Positions 1 through 12,791 of a DNA stretch of 64,000 nt are shown here, one piece after another; the first letter of the stretch is position 1; every line of letters starts with the position of its first letter. Position numbers and translations under genes: made by a program. Source of the DNA: Bugula neritina. Its lineage: Eukaryota; Animalia; Bryozoa. The stretch is from NCBI GenBank assembly GCA_964035545.1, contig OZ037770.1, forward strand, positions 10,112,973 through 10,176,972, written 5' to 3'. The notes under the pieces are model-generated. The model searched no databases and had not been told where the DNA came from. It saw only the letters and a list, made by a program, of their open reading frames with translations.

Positions 1-572
1 ATAAGGCATTTGGGTAAGTTATATATAGGTCAGTGTAGATAAGGCATTTGGGTAAGTTATATATAGGTCAGTGTAGATAAGGCATTTTGGTAAGTTATAT
101 ATAGGTCAGTGTAGATAAGGCATTTGGGTAAGTTATATATAGGTCAGTGTAGATAAGGCATTTGGGTAAGTTATATATAGGTCAGTGTAGATAAGGCATT
201 TGGGTAAGTTATATATAGGTCAGTGTAGATAAGGCATTTTGGTAAGTTATATATAGGTCAGTGTAGATAAGGCATTTGGGTAAGTTATATATAGGTCAGT
301 GTAAATAAGGCATTTGGGTAAGTTATATATAGGTCAGTGTAGATAAGGCATTTGGGTAAGTTATATATATAGGTCAGTGTAGATAGGGTATTATGGTAAG
401 TTATATATAGGTTAGTGTAGATAGGGTATTATGGTAAGTTATATATAGGTTAGTGTAGATAGGGTATTATGGTAAGTTATATATAGGTCAGTGTAGATAG
501 GGTATTATGGTAAGTTATATATGGGTCAGTGTAGATAGGACATTAGGGTAAGTTATATATAGGTCAGTGTAG
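1..572. repeat. 38-bp minisatellite, ~15 copies, running off the left edge
   Basis: Unit ATAAGGCATTTGGGTAAGTTATATATAGGTCAGTGTAG repeated head-to-tail; a variant unit (ATAGGGTATTATGGTAAG...) takes over from ~383. Confidence 0.97.
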
Positions 573-1780
573 GTATAATAGTAGTACATGGACCTGTGAA
601 GTTGCAGGCAGCAGGTGTTTGTAAAGTGTGACTTTCACAGCATCAACTCTTATAGCAATATTAGGTCAGTGTTTATTTCATATATTGTTAGACCAGCCTC
701 AGCTAGGTAAGGGTTGAGAGGAGAGCTCTCCATTTCTCAATAAACTCTTGTCTATGTGTGCTGTCATGACTAGTGGCAAATTTTGTAGTAAAGGAACTTT
801 TCCAAACAGCAGGATATTTGTGTGTGTGAGTATATACTATGGGCGTTTGTGCGTGTTTGTGTACTAAATAAAATAATATGTATGTTGGTAGATAATTCCT
901 ACTGGTAATACAGATCACTGGGTAACTAAATTCTCTCTAATAAATTTACTGCCATTTATTAAATTTGTCATTTATTGGTTAACCATTCAATGCTTTCACA
1001 TCCTCAATTCTATAACTCTAAATATAAGAATTTTTATCAAAAAACATGCTTATTTAATGTTCACTTCCATTTTTTGGTGTTTTCAGCATATATGTTTTTA
1101 ATCGGTTTTGCATGCTTACTTGTATAATTACCTGGTAGACTTGATCTATTTATTGTTGGTAGCCCCTAGCACATAGCATGGTCTCAACATCTGGTATATG
1201 CTGATGCAAAAGAGTCTATATTAGTTTGTAAACAATGCACTTTCACAGTGTGGATAAGAATTCTACGTCAACTGCTAACAGTTTTGGTCATTAGGGATGA
1301 TTATGATTTCTCACCAAGTGATTAGTAAATGAAAAAAAAATTAAAGTTTCACATAGCTATGTGTTTAATTCAGTAGACACTGGAATAATCAGAAAAATTA
1401 CTCATTTGTTGAATAAATTTGAGTTTCACTTTTTATTTGGGGTTATATATTTATTGCATGATGCCCTCTATAAATTATTATCTTAAAATCCATGTCACTA
1501 TTTTCGTTCATCTTGGAATTATCTCACCTTAAAAGGAAGTCTTTTGGCATTTGTATTGCTTCATAATAAAGTGTAAGCTTTTCCTAATAGCTGTTGGGTT
1601 ATTAAACAGGAGTTTAGAGTTATCCTCTCTAGTAGATGCAGGGTCCAAATTCATACATTTATCTCACCTAAACCATATGATAGTTAGTCAGATATTGTCA
1701 TTTGACATTCATTAAAATTCTCAGCAATGCTTTTAAGTTACTTGAAGAATTTATTCACTCTCAAAAGTTCTTTTGTTTAG

Positions 1781-2193
1781 AACCCAGTACCTCTGAGGCA
1801 TCATTGGGGCAAAGCACTTTGAAAAAGAAACTTGGAGGAAGTTTGAGAAAATTGTTTAAACGGAGGTCTAGCTCAAGATCTCGCGGTGCCCCTGAGTCGA
1901 AGGGTGCTAGCCGCTCTACTACCGACATCACGGATACCTTGTCTATTGAAGGAGCTCGGCCAGATGACAAAAGTTCAAGGTCATCTTTTGAGGTCGCCAT
2001 GAGCCCGCCCCATCACAGAACTGTCAGCCAACAAGACAGCTCTGGACCTCCTGATACTAGCCCTATAGACGGTCTCAGTAATAGTTATACACAGGAAGCT
2101 GATGAGAATTACAAGCCTCGTGTGTCGTCACCAACTATGTGGACACGTCATCATTCTTTGCCTTCAAACACTGCTAGTCCTAAGAAATATTAA
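1781..2193 (+). CDS. Terminal coding exon of an unidentified gene (Ser/Arg-rich, probably disordered C-terminus)
   Basis: Acceptor ttttgtttag ending at 1780; GC-richer open frame EPSTSEASLGQSTLKKKLGGSLRKLFKRR...SPKKY* to TAA 2191-2193; AATAAA signals downstream (e.g. ~2382, ~2590, ~2607). Upstream exons not located. Confidence 0.7.
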
Positions 2194-3330
2194 AAGTTTT
2201 AATTTCTTTACATTTATTTGTTTGTTATATTAGTATTGCCTATAACTTATTGATTGTTACTTTTAACTGTATTAAAGATGTAATTAACTTTCAAAAGAAG
2301 ATTTTCATGTTCAATTAATTTTAATTAATAGTTTATTGCAAAATTTACTACAATTTTCAGTTGTTGGAAGATCTGTTTGAAATAAATCATTGTTCTGTGT
2401 GTCTTCAGTCATTAGTTTTCAATACATTACTACAATATTTGCTAATTTAACTCATTGCATTAACTTTGTGAGGGAATATTAACAAATTCAGGGGCAACCC
2501 TAAATTTTATGACAAGTTTCTTTGATACAATGTTGCTAGGTAAATCTTCGTGCTATTTCAAACTGTGGTGTAACCCTAAAATATTCATAAATAAAATTTA
2601 TTGTGTAATAAAATATGAGTGCATGCATCATACTTTCACTGTTTTCATCAAACCGTCATCTATTGTTATGGAATAAATATACAAATCAAGACAATCACTT
2701 CAAAGGTATGCCCTGGCGTTGATTAAAACTGTAACTATATCAGTTATAGTTTTTTCAGAGATTATTTCTTAGCAACTATCTTTATGATTTATAATCTAGA
2801 TTATAGCAAGCATAATCTACGAAAACTTCTTCCTGAATTCACATCAATTATTTCATCACTAATTTTATTTCACAGGCAAGGTACAGTGTCAAGATACCAT
2901 TTAATGAAATGGTCATTGACTGAAAGCTTTAGCTTGCTAAGTATACCCTGTTGACAGTTTTGAAGTAGTATTAGTTTTCATTTCATATTAAATGTATTAT
3001 AATATTGCTTCATGATCAATATTTTTTGTACTGATTTTATATGCAATAAAAGTTTATATATCTTGATGCATATATTTGGTTTTAAGCTTGAATTATATGA
3101 AAATATTGCTTTTTTGAATTAATTATATTGTGGCAATAAAAGATAAAGCAAGACTAAGAAATACAAAACACATATTATTTGGTAGCATTAAGTTTGAGGG
3201 GGCACCCAATAAATAGTTTTATCTACATTTATGCAATACAATACCAGTTGGCAAAATTATATAAAATAATTTATAATATTAACGAAAATTGTCCGTGTTA
3301 TATGGGATAGCAGTGTAAGTTCTTCTAACT

Positions 3331-6300
3331 TTAGCCAGCAATGAGAGCAACAGCATCTGGGTGATTAGCACCCTCCCACTCAGTAACTGCGATAGTGCCA
3401 CAGCCAACTCTGGTAGACTTAGATCCGCCGTGCACAGTCACAGAACGTCCCAACACACTCAAAGGTCCATTCAGTTTCACCTATACAAATATATTCAAAG
3501 TGATGAATGTTCAATTAAATTAAGCTCAACACAGAAATGGTTCAATAGCTTAACAGTTTAGTAAAAATGTCTTTTCTATTGTAATTAAGCAATACGTTTC
3601 ATTGCTTACAATTTATACAGTGTGTAATACATTGCTATCACTCAACCTGAATAAATATATTTTCAAAATTTTATAACATATTTTAGTGCAAATATGTTGT
3701 TCAAGCCATTTTCAATTTATAGTTATCTTTAGACGGCTAAAATGACACCATTTTATTGTAATCCTAATCTTGTCCTACTTTAAAAAAGCCTATTTTGTGA
3801 CTGAATGCTCCTACTTACAAAATCAAATTTATGTTGAAAGAGTTATCTTCTCACCAACAAATGGATTCTGAGTATAACATGCATATATCAGTTCACTATA
3901 ATATACTCTCAATAAATTACCTGCGTGTCAATCCTTTCAAACTCTAAGATATCACTACTGGATTTGAATGTTGATGGTATGGTTACCCTGGCAACGTCCC
4001 CAACATGTCTGTCTTCTACAGTTGGATCATCACTATGGTTCTTGTTACAGGGATTGTAGTGACCACCTAAAGCATGTACACTATGTCAACCAATGGAGTA
4101 AATGTAACAACTGGAATGATTTTAGCATGAGGAGTTGTCTAACTGCCAAATTAAACAGGAAAGTGTGATCTCGAATGCAAAACAAAAACAAAATTTCAAG
4201 CAAGTGAAAACAGTATGCTTATATAATAATTGTTTTTTAAGCAGTACAATATTGCTTCCATACAGAAACATCATATATACCAAAAATGTGCGAGAAAATT
4301 TTCTGCTTGGCTTAAACATTGTGCATGTCAATTTATGTGTATTTCTTGTAGGCAGTACGGCCAACCCTGGTGACCCCCCTAACATTGACCAAATAACTAT
4401 GGAGGATTGCCTACTATATAGCTGACACCTGGACATAAAACCCGTTCCTATAGTATAAGAATCTACTTCCTAGGAAAAAACATTGCACATGGAAGCTGAA
4501 TAATATAATAAATACTATTTATATGCAGGTTGATAACCAATGTTATTGTAATGATTAGGAAGTAGCCAGAAGCAAAATATAAGTTTTTCAGAGAAAAATA
4601 TTGTAAAATTTTTGTCTTTTGTAGCCAAAAGCACTAGAAGCGCTAAAACTAATATAGTTATTGACTTGAGAATAAATCCTTATTAAGATAATCCTTGCAG
4701 CATTTAGTTGAGTGTAGAAATCAAGCCTCTCAGCTACCTAGCACTGTGTAATGAAAACCCATACACCCTGTTTCCATACGGAAAACTAGAAGATGTTGAA
4801 CTTGCTGTAAACTTATTATATCAGAGATAAGCCTTTACAACACTTTGTTTAATTAGTGATTAATGCTCATAAGGGTCTGCGCCCTACCAAAATATTATGG
4901 AATTTATTTTGAAGATTACCAGTTGAAGAGCAGCTGGGATTTGTCTCTCCTTTCTCATGAACATGTAGAGAAAAGTATTGGCTGTCAAAGAGGAAAGCGT
5001 GAGTTCCTTGGATAGCAGCTGAAATATTATTTAGTAAAATAAAAAGAGGAGATTGTTATATTAATAGGCATAGATAATTGATGTTTTTGTTGACTGAGTT
5101 TATTTAACTAATATGTTTTGACAACATTTTTTGTCTAAATGTGTTACCTCAGTAACAACTCAGCAACACGATGAGAAAGACCAGCCATCTTTGTATAAAC
5201 TGTTGTGTAGAATAATGTTTGAAATTTTATAATTGTGGCATTTTAAGATACTTAATTCTTTTTTAAAAAATGCTACATTTGTAAACAGTGCATGGCCGGT
5301 AAAGACAAACACAAATCTAAAAAATCTTTAAAATTACATATATCGGAAATCTTTGAATAATAGTACTGCTAGAAGTTTTAGTTATGGAAAAGTATTTTAC
5401 TTTAGCATTGAAATAGTTTATTGAATCAAATTGTAAGGGTTCGTGAGAATAACATACCGTGAATTCTTGTTGTTTTACTGTCAATCTGAGTGAAACTGAT
5501 GACTCCTTTCACATGAAATGGATAGCTGTTCCCATCGGCAGCAGGGAAAAGTCCACTATTCTCAAACTTGGCAACAGCTTGAATAACCTCAGCATCTATA
5601 TTACAATAAAAATGTTTAATGTGTGTGTGTGTGTGTGCGTGTGTGTGTATGTGTGTGTACTTTTTAATTGTCACTATTTTAGCTAAAGGGCTGGTAGAGA
5701 TTGATTCTTACGCAACCAGGTCTCTGATTCTAGTGTTATCGGGTAAAGTCTATAATATACCATCATGCAATAAACATGCAATAAAAAAGTTAGCCTAGTT
5801 AGCTATAACAATAATATTGTAATAGCTATATGAAAAAATTTCAAACTAAAAGACGTAAAAGAAAGGGCTAATATATTTTATTTCAATACTGAAATGAATT
5901 TAGTCAGATGTATATTATATAGGAATCATACTCTACCATTTCAAATTCTTTATTTGAATTAGCATGAATAAAATAAGTGGTAAGGAAGCAGTCATGGGTT
6001 CAAATCCCGGCAAGAGCATTGGTGGTGTTGAGAAAAGCATTCCAATGTAATAACTCTAGTTTCACAGCATACACAACACCCCCCCCCCCCCCCGCCCTCA
6101 CCACTGCGAGGTCCTCACAGGAATGGAGGCTAGTTTAAACAAAATATGTCAGTTTTTTTATAAAATCAACTGTTAATAACTATCTATATAATAATTTTCT
6201 GCTTGCAGTCACTCTGAGTGCACGCACACAAATATATAAATGCTTTTTTTACCTGCACTACAAGACGGCTGGAATCCATTGGAGCTTTGTGCTGGGGCGC

Positions 6301-9300
6301 TTATGCACGCTTCATACCTTTTAGTGTACTCCTCTACAAAGTTTTACAAAGGTCATGCTAAAACTGGACTTGCAAAGCAACTCAGATGCAACAGTTATAT
6401 ATGAGGTGAACTACAATGGTTATAACTTATTCCAAAGTAACTTTTAGACGTCTATAGTTTGTGTTTCTGTTTTCTATCCTCTTAATGGAACATACCTGGT
6501 AAGAAATCATGGGATCCTGATGTCAAAGAATGGTACTATACTCAAAAACGGTGATTTAAAAGTAATGGAGCTGAAAAGTTATTGGGTTCTTGAAAATAAT
6601 TTACCTTCTAGAGAACTCATTTTTAATAATATACAGATACTTTAGCTTCTAATTAGCTGAAACCCTTCACAGTTATTAGCTATTAGCCTGAATAATTCTT
6701 TTAGAATTAAGAAGCTAATCTTCATGGATTAAAAACTTTTGGAACTGTAACATCACTAGTTTCTCTCTTTCCTCCTTAATGACAAGTTTAATGTTGCATT
6801 GTTTTTAGATTTAGAGAATGCTAAAAGCTGTCTTACAGCTCAAGTTTGAGAGAGATTATTACGAACAGCTTCTTCAGTTAATTAAGCTTGACACACTTTC
6901 ATAGTTTACGACATGAAAACAACTTAAACATGCAAATTTATGCATTTCTCTGCAATTTTTGACACATTTTCAGCACTATTTTTTTTAGGTTTGACATGTA
7001 AAAAGTACTAGAAGTCTAGTTTTATAATGAGATGTCTACTTTAATGACTAGGACTGGCAGCCAATGACAGGTGGCTCATAGTGTCTTGTCAATGCTGCAA
7101 CCAACAACTGTGTCTTAGACAGTGGTTGTATACTATGACGCCTAACCCAACAATGTTTATTAGTTTGGTGGTGCGAACACATTGGTTACTACAACTATAA
7201 TCAAAATGTATAATAAACAACAACTACTATGTGTGTCAGATACCAACTGACCAAAATACATGCTGTAGTTGGTCATCTGATTAGTTTTACAAAACCACTT
7301 GCTGGTACATGTCACCATTTGACACCTAGTGACAGATCACCTAAGAGCACTTGTTTTGTATGTTGCTACATGCAGCCTTATGTTCATGTTCACAGCAATC
7401 TTTTGTTTATTGGTTACTTCACTTATTGCATAATAAATTGAAATATATGGTTGACATCAATGTAATTTCATCATTAGTTTATTCTTACCCAAATTACAAT
7501 AAACTAGATAACCTCTAGCTGTGCCTATACATATGTTCCATGAATTTTATTGCAACTTACTAGATATTGAAATATACGTATCATATTAATGCATCATATC
7601 TTGTAATTTTACTAATAGTTGAGTTATAAGAAACACTAGTATAAAATCTAATTTTGCAATTTTTACCTTTAAAAATTTATTATAGACGAAAGCTATAGAA
7701 AAACTATTTTTAAAAAATTATTCTGAAATGTCTCAGAACTTGAAAAACCTACAAAGCAGATTGTACATTTTTATTTAGTATGAAATATATTATGATCAAA
7801 GTGTACGGTTGGTGCAACTGGACATAAAATATAATAGCAATTGTTATTCATCAAGCCATTATAATGCAAAAGAAGCTAACCAGACACCGTAATCCTAATT
7901 TATATTTCATATAGTATAGCTTCGACTACATACTTCAATGCTGGTGCTTTGAAGAAAATTATTCGTAAGCTACGATTAAATACTTTATAACTTTTATTAC
8001 AGCCCGTTAACTGTTTGAAAATGCTTTTCTATTAGATAGCTTCCTTATGTATTGGATAGTCAACTAGATTAAATGAGTTGATAATACGAGATTAAAGAAC
8101 TGGTATTGGAATTAGGTATAAGCAACTATATAAATAGCAGCTTATTTAAACCAGATTTGATTTCAAAGCAGTATCAGTTTCTATCTAATCTCCAATAATC
8201 TGCTATAACAGTGAAGATAATACACTAAATATCTCAGCCACGCCTATGTTTGAAGGATGTGCTAGAAATTTCATACCTTACAGTATCATTATTCGTTTAT
8301 TTCAACTACCCACGTGCATATGCCAGAAAAGTATGCCCAATCTCTTCGAATAGCCATACATTACTAGATAAGACTCTTACAAAAATGTTTAATTATCATC
8401 CTTCAATTTAATTTCCTCGACTAAAGTTTTTGAAAAGATTTATTAGTTTTAAGCTCTCGGATTAATAACTTATTGAAAAGTGTCTCATGAAAATAGAAAT
8501 ATTATTTTTTACTGTACGTGCTGCTGCTAAAACCTCCAGGTTGTCAGAAAGACAAATTTCTAAATTTAGATAGACTGATTTAATCATGTGACCCATTCTA
8601 TTGCGGCCCAACATATAATGAAGTATAAATCATTTTCATAATGATAATAAATTATAATAAGTTATTATTATTGTAAAATAGTACGCTGTCAACTATATCT
8701 AATATATATACCTAAACCTAAACATGCTATATAGCTTGTCAGAAAAGCCATCATAGTTGCATGTTTAACATTTTTCTCAAAAATAAATAGTACGACTCTA
8801 TGTCTATGGCAAATGCCACAATATTCTATGGCCAATAAATATATTACACACAATACAACTAATATATTATATTAGATAATATGTTACATACATACGTACT
8901 GCCTAATATATTATATAATCAGTAATATATCATAAAAAAGCTTTATACTTTAGACTCAACTGTCAAAATAGAGCTCACTAGTTTCAATGGAAACTTACAG
9001 AACAACAATTATATAGTCACTTTAAAGCTGTCTAAAATAGTAGATTCTCTAAGAACTCACGCAAGTTTATAGTCGCTATCCCTGTGAGAAACCCCTAATA
9101 AAACGGGTTTTTGTTAAAGCTGGCTAAGGACTTATTTAAATGGTAGATTCTCTAATAGTACACATAAAAGCTTTGTAAGTTTTTCAATTAGTGAAACAAT
9201 TATCTTTTTGCATAAAAGAAGAATTTTTATACTTTTAGAGTTGATATTATAGACAGTATGTACTTAGCCATAGATATGTACACAGTATATACTTATATGT

Positions 9301-9507
9301 AAGTACGTACACTATACTTATAATATGTAAGTACGTACACAGTGGGTAATTATACAGTTTATATGCTTATATCTGAAGGTACTTACGAAGGGTTATCTTC
9401 TTAGTTTGTAGCTGCCGCAGAAGGTCCAAAAAGTCACATGATGCTGCCACACTAAGGCCGACAGCAACACAGCTGACTATGAGGCATGATGTCAGAATAA
9501 ATTTCAT
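3331..9507 (-). CDS. Secreted Cu/Zn superoxide dismutase-like protein, copy A (244 aa, 6 coding exons)
   Basis: Exons 9507-9387, 6333-6253, 5595-5458, 5018-4920, 4066-3921, 3480-3331, all GT-AG and in phase (735 nt). Signal peptide MKFILTSCLIVSCVAVGLSVAA; SOD motifs VKGVISFTQ, FSLHVHEKG, CSSTGGHYNP, KNH, RHVGD, LGRSVTVH, TRVGCG. Probable 5'UTR exons at ~9916-9947 and ~9998-10060. Confidence 0.92.
5985..6075 (+). mobile_element. Degenerate tRNA-derived SINE copy
   Basis: GTCATGGGTTCAAATCCCGGCAAG (B-box) followed by TTGGTGGTGTTGAGAAAAGCATT, matching the full copy at 48550-48768. Confidence 0.7.
9054..9137 (-). mobile_element. 5'-truncated SINE copy with target-site duplication
   Basis: Matches the 3' half of the SINE; flanked by AAATAGTAGATTCTCTAA and AAATGGTAGATTCTCTAA. 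Confidence 0.8.
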
Positions 9508-10055
9508 TGTTCACAGATGTTATCTACAAAGACAATAATTTTGTGTAACCATATTTTGTTCCTGTCAGCACTAAAATATAAACTTCTTGTGGGAATAAAA
9601 TACAGAACAAGAATAGGATTAAGAGATGTATTTTTTCAGCAAGAAAACTCTTAAAAATGTTACAAGTGAAGAAAAAAAAGAAGCAAAATGATGGAAATAT
9701 CTTTATGTGGAACACACTGCAAAATGCTAGTTGGCTAGTATTTCATCATGCATCTACAATATAATATGTAGTGATTTAAAGAAAATTGCAGCCTTAATAA
9801 CCATTTAAGAGCGATCAAAATAGGTAAAACAAATTATTTATCTTGTAACTTTGCTACATTAAATTAGCCATGTAGTATAAAGAATACCGTGCTTCCTTCA
9901 AAAAAGAAATATTACCTTCAGTTTGGTCTCCTCTGTCTCTGCTCCTGCTAATAAATAATTGAATGTTTTGTCTACGCAGTATGATACTGTTATATACCTT
10001 GGCAAGCGTGTCAAATTTCTCTTAGCCAATGAAAACACTTCTCACATTCACCAGC

Positions 10056-10089
10056 TAATGAATATGTATAGATGGATTATTTATGGCTA
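10056..10089 (-). promoter_or_regulatory. Candidate core promoter of SOD copy A (TATA-like CATAAATA plus Inr-like TCATTA)
   Basis: TAGCCATAAATA on the - strand is conserved in both paralogs (A ~10077-10089, B ~17174-17184), just upstream of the first conserved 5'UTR exon. Confidence 0.35.
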
Positions 10090-10465
10090 CTAATTAATTA
10101 AGAAATATTTATGCTTGAATTACTATAATATGCGTGTGACATTCATGGACCGTTCTGTACGTGCCAGATTAATGTATGAATAATTAAGATGCCGAATCAT
10201 TGTCAGGTTATTTATGTCATAGAAGAGTCAGTCGTGTGCAGACGATGTCATAGGAAGTTACTAAGAGCATACCAGCCAGCGTCATCCAATCAACAGTTGG
10301 ACTCCATCTTTTTACATACTTGTCATGATTCTGCGTATTTTGAAGGAAACAGATTAGGTTTCCTTGTTTCCAAAACGACTGCAAGTATTTGATAGCAGAG
10401 GAATCAGGAATTGAGTAAGATCTAATAGCAAGAAATAGTATTTTTAACTAAAGAAAACCAAGCAA

Positions 10466-10608
10466 ATTTATAGTCACTATTCCTGTTAGAAGCCCATGAT
10501 AGAAAGTGTATTTTTTAAAAAGTGGGCAATAAGGACTTATTCATATGGGGCACAGGAGAAATTATGACTGGATGTTCTTCCTAACATCACTAATGGCCTT
10601 TGTCGGGG
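10466..10608 (-). mobile_element. SINE copy lacking the tRNA head
   Basis: TTTATAGTCACTATTCCTG...GGCACAGGAG...TTCCTAACATCAC...GGCCTTTGTCGGG, as in 48550-48768. Confidence 0.75.
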
Positions 10609-12791
10609 CATCAATGCTATATTAGATGTAGGCAGCTTCTAGGTCATCACTTACTCTGCTAAAGCTTGTACTCTTTTCCTCAGATTCACTAAGTAAACCC
10701 AACAGGTTAGCCAATCAGCATTAGAGTAACATAAATAGACATATAATTTATTATAAGTAAATAAAATTTTTAGGTTCAGTTATTCGCTTTATTTGTGTCT
10801 AAAAAACTTTTTAATAATTCTTTCTGAAAACATTTTTGTGGGAACCTATTTCTATAGAGTGTGTTGCCATGTCAAAAGCCTGTTTTAGAATAGCTGTTAT
10901 AAAATACAGTATATCGTCTGGTTAGATTCACCAATGTGAATCAACACCTTTTGCACTTAATGCTTACATCAACACTACAAAGAGAGCTTATCAAAGCTCA
11001 CCCTACAATATGTCTTAGACGCTATTTCACTTAGTAAGGTTGGCAAGAACTTTTCTAAAACAAGGAAAAGTTCCCTCAGTGTAACACTAGCTTATAACTG
11101 TTGACTGCTAGCCAAGTTAGACGCATTCTAGTTTGTTGCACAACTCACCAAAGAGCACTGATGCGCAAGAAGTTATTTAGGGCTTCCTTATTCATATCAG
11201 CTGATTACAGCTAACTTTGAGGTAGTTTGCGGCTACTAAAATTAATTCGTCACCAAATTACAAACTTTCAACGAAATTTCCCAACAGGCTTGCAATCAAC
11301 GAGTTCTTGTATTTAAAAAAATGTTGAGTGCCAACTAACACTAAACACCACTAAATGTTTTTTCCATAGCTCTATAATATAGAAATTATCTACTTCAAAA
11401 ATAACGGCATTTAGTTTCTTGTTTGACATTAATTAATATGATTTTTAACGGCATTGTGCTATCAACCAAATATTTAAGCTTTTAAATAATTATTCTTAGA
11501 TGTACAGTAAAACTTTATCCGTTAATTTTTTTTCAACTGTTTGTTCAATAGCTTCAACATGAATTAAAAACTAATTAATCAGAAATAATGGCAATATAGA
11601 CACTGGCATGCTAAACTTTTACCAGTGGAGCACATTATTGTGCTTTACTTGTACAGCAACAAAAGTTGCATACTCAGTAGTTACTGTATAATATGAAGAA
11701 ACAGCAGATCAGCTTACATTTGATAATTTCTCGCTGCTCACAGCTCTGTTTCTACGAAACCTAGCTCAATTATACGTTTATGTAGACCAAAAGAAACTGT
11801 ATTATTATATATCATATTGTCACTGTCTCTTTAAGTTAATTTAGCTTTAATATTTTATATAAATACTTTCGATTATAAAGCTGTTAGTCAGCTAAGTTGT
11901 ATTAGTTGATTGTTGCCTTCATAAAAGTATAGAATGAATTGTTTATATGCGGCATAATTACCAACTATCTTTTGAAACTCTAAACTCTAAGGTGGGTTAA
12001 GCTTGGTTTCTAAAAACCATCTGTAGTCAGTCAGAATTTCCTATTTCTGGTGACAAGGGGAGACAAAAATGTTATAAATCCCGTTCCAATATCAGTACTA
12101 ATTACTTATTTGCATCTAATAAAGCTGGTTGCTATGACAACAGTATGCCCTATCATGACCTCATCGTAGGTATAAGAGAAGACAACACTCAATACCTGAA
12201 GCATTACAAACTACTACTTGTTAGTCACCAATTGTACAGTGTGTTCTGCACGTTGCAGTTTCATGCCCTTGAAACTAAAGCAACTCGTTTTCTGATAACT
12301 AAGTTGAAATTTTGAATACCTAGTCTAGTGGTCAACTGTTTTTAGAGCCAACCATGTAATATGACTATTTACGACCTTTTCAATTGTTCTAAATTTATAA
12401 GTATAGAAAACCTAGACTAATAAAATGGGTGCATAAAAATAAGATATACGCTTTTCTAAAAGCTGAATAAGACAGACAAATAATTAGGCAACCGTGAGAC
12501 GTAACATCAAGATGTATAAAAAAAGTTATTACCAAATATTCTGTACTGGTTTTAGATGCAAAATAAAATTTATGCAATATCTTGATGCATATATTTGTTT
12601 AAACTTGAAAAGTAAATATTTTTTGAATTGAATATATTTGCACAAAAAATATAGCCAGTTCTTTGGTAGCATCACGTTTGAGAGAATGCCCAATAAATAG
12701 TTTTGTAATCACAAAATACAACATTAGTTGGCAAAATTATATAAAACAATTTTGTTTATCCGTGTTATATGGGGTAGTAGCGGAGATTCTT

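Noticed and set aside
1-572. CRISPR-like regular array
   Set aside because: Head-to-tail units with no unique spacers, eukaryotic context, no cas genes.
3361-4168. + strand ORFs 3361-3561 and 3968-4168 (also 5459-5686 and 12663-13028)
   Set aside because: Antisense shadows of SOD exons on the - strand.
6800-12400. Possible decayed transposon fragments at ~6800-8600 and ~10800-12400
   Set aside because: No termini, TSDs, ORFs or second copy could be demonstrated within the window.
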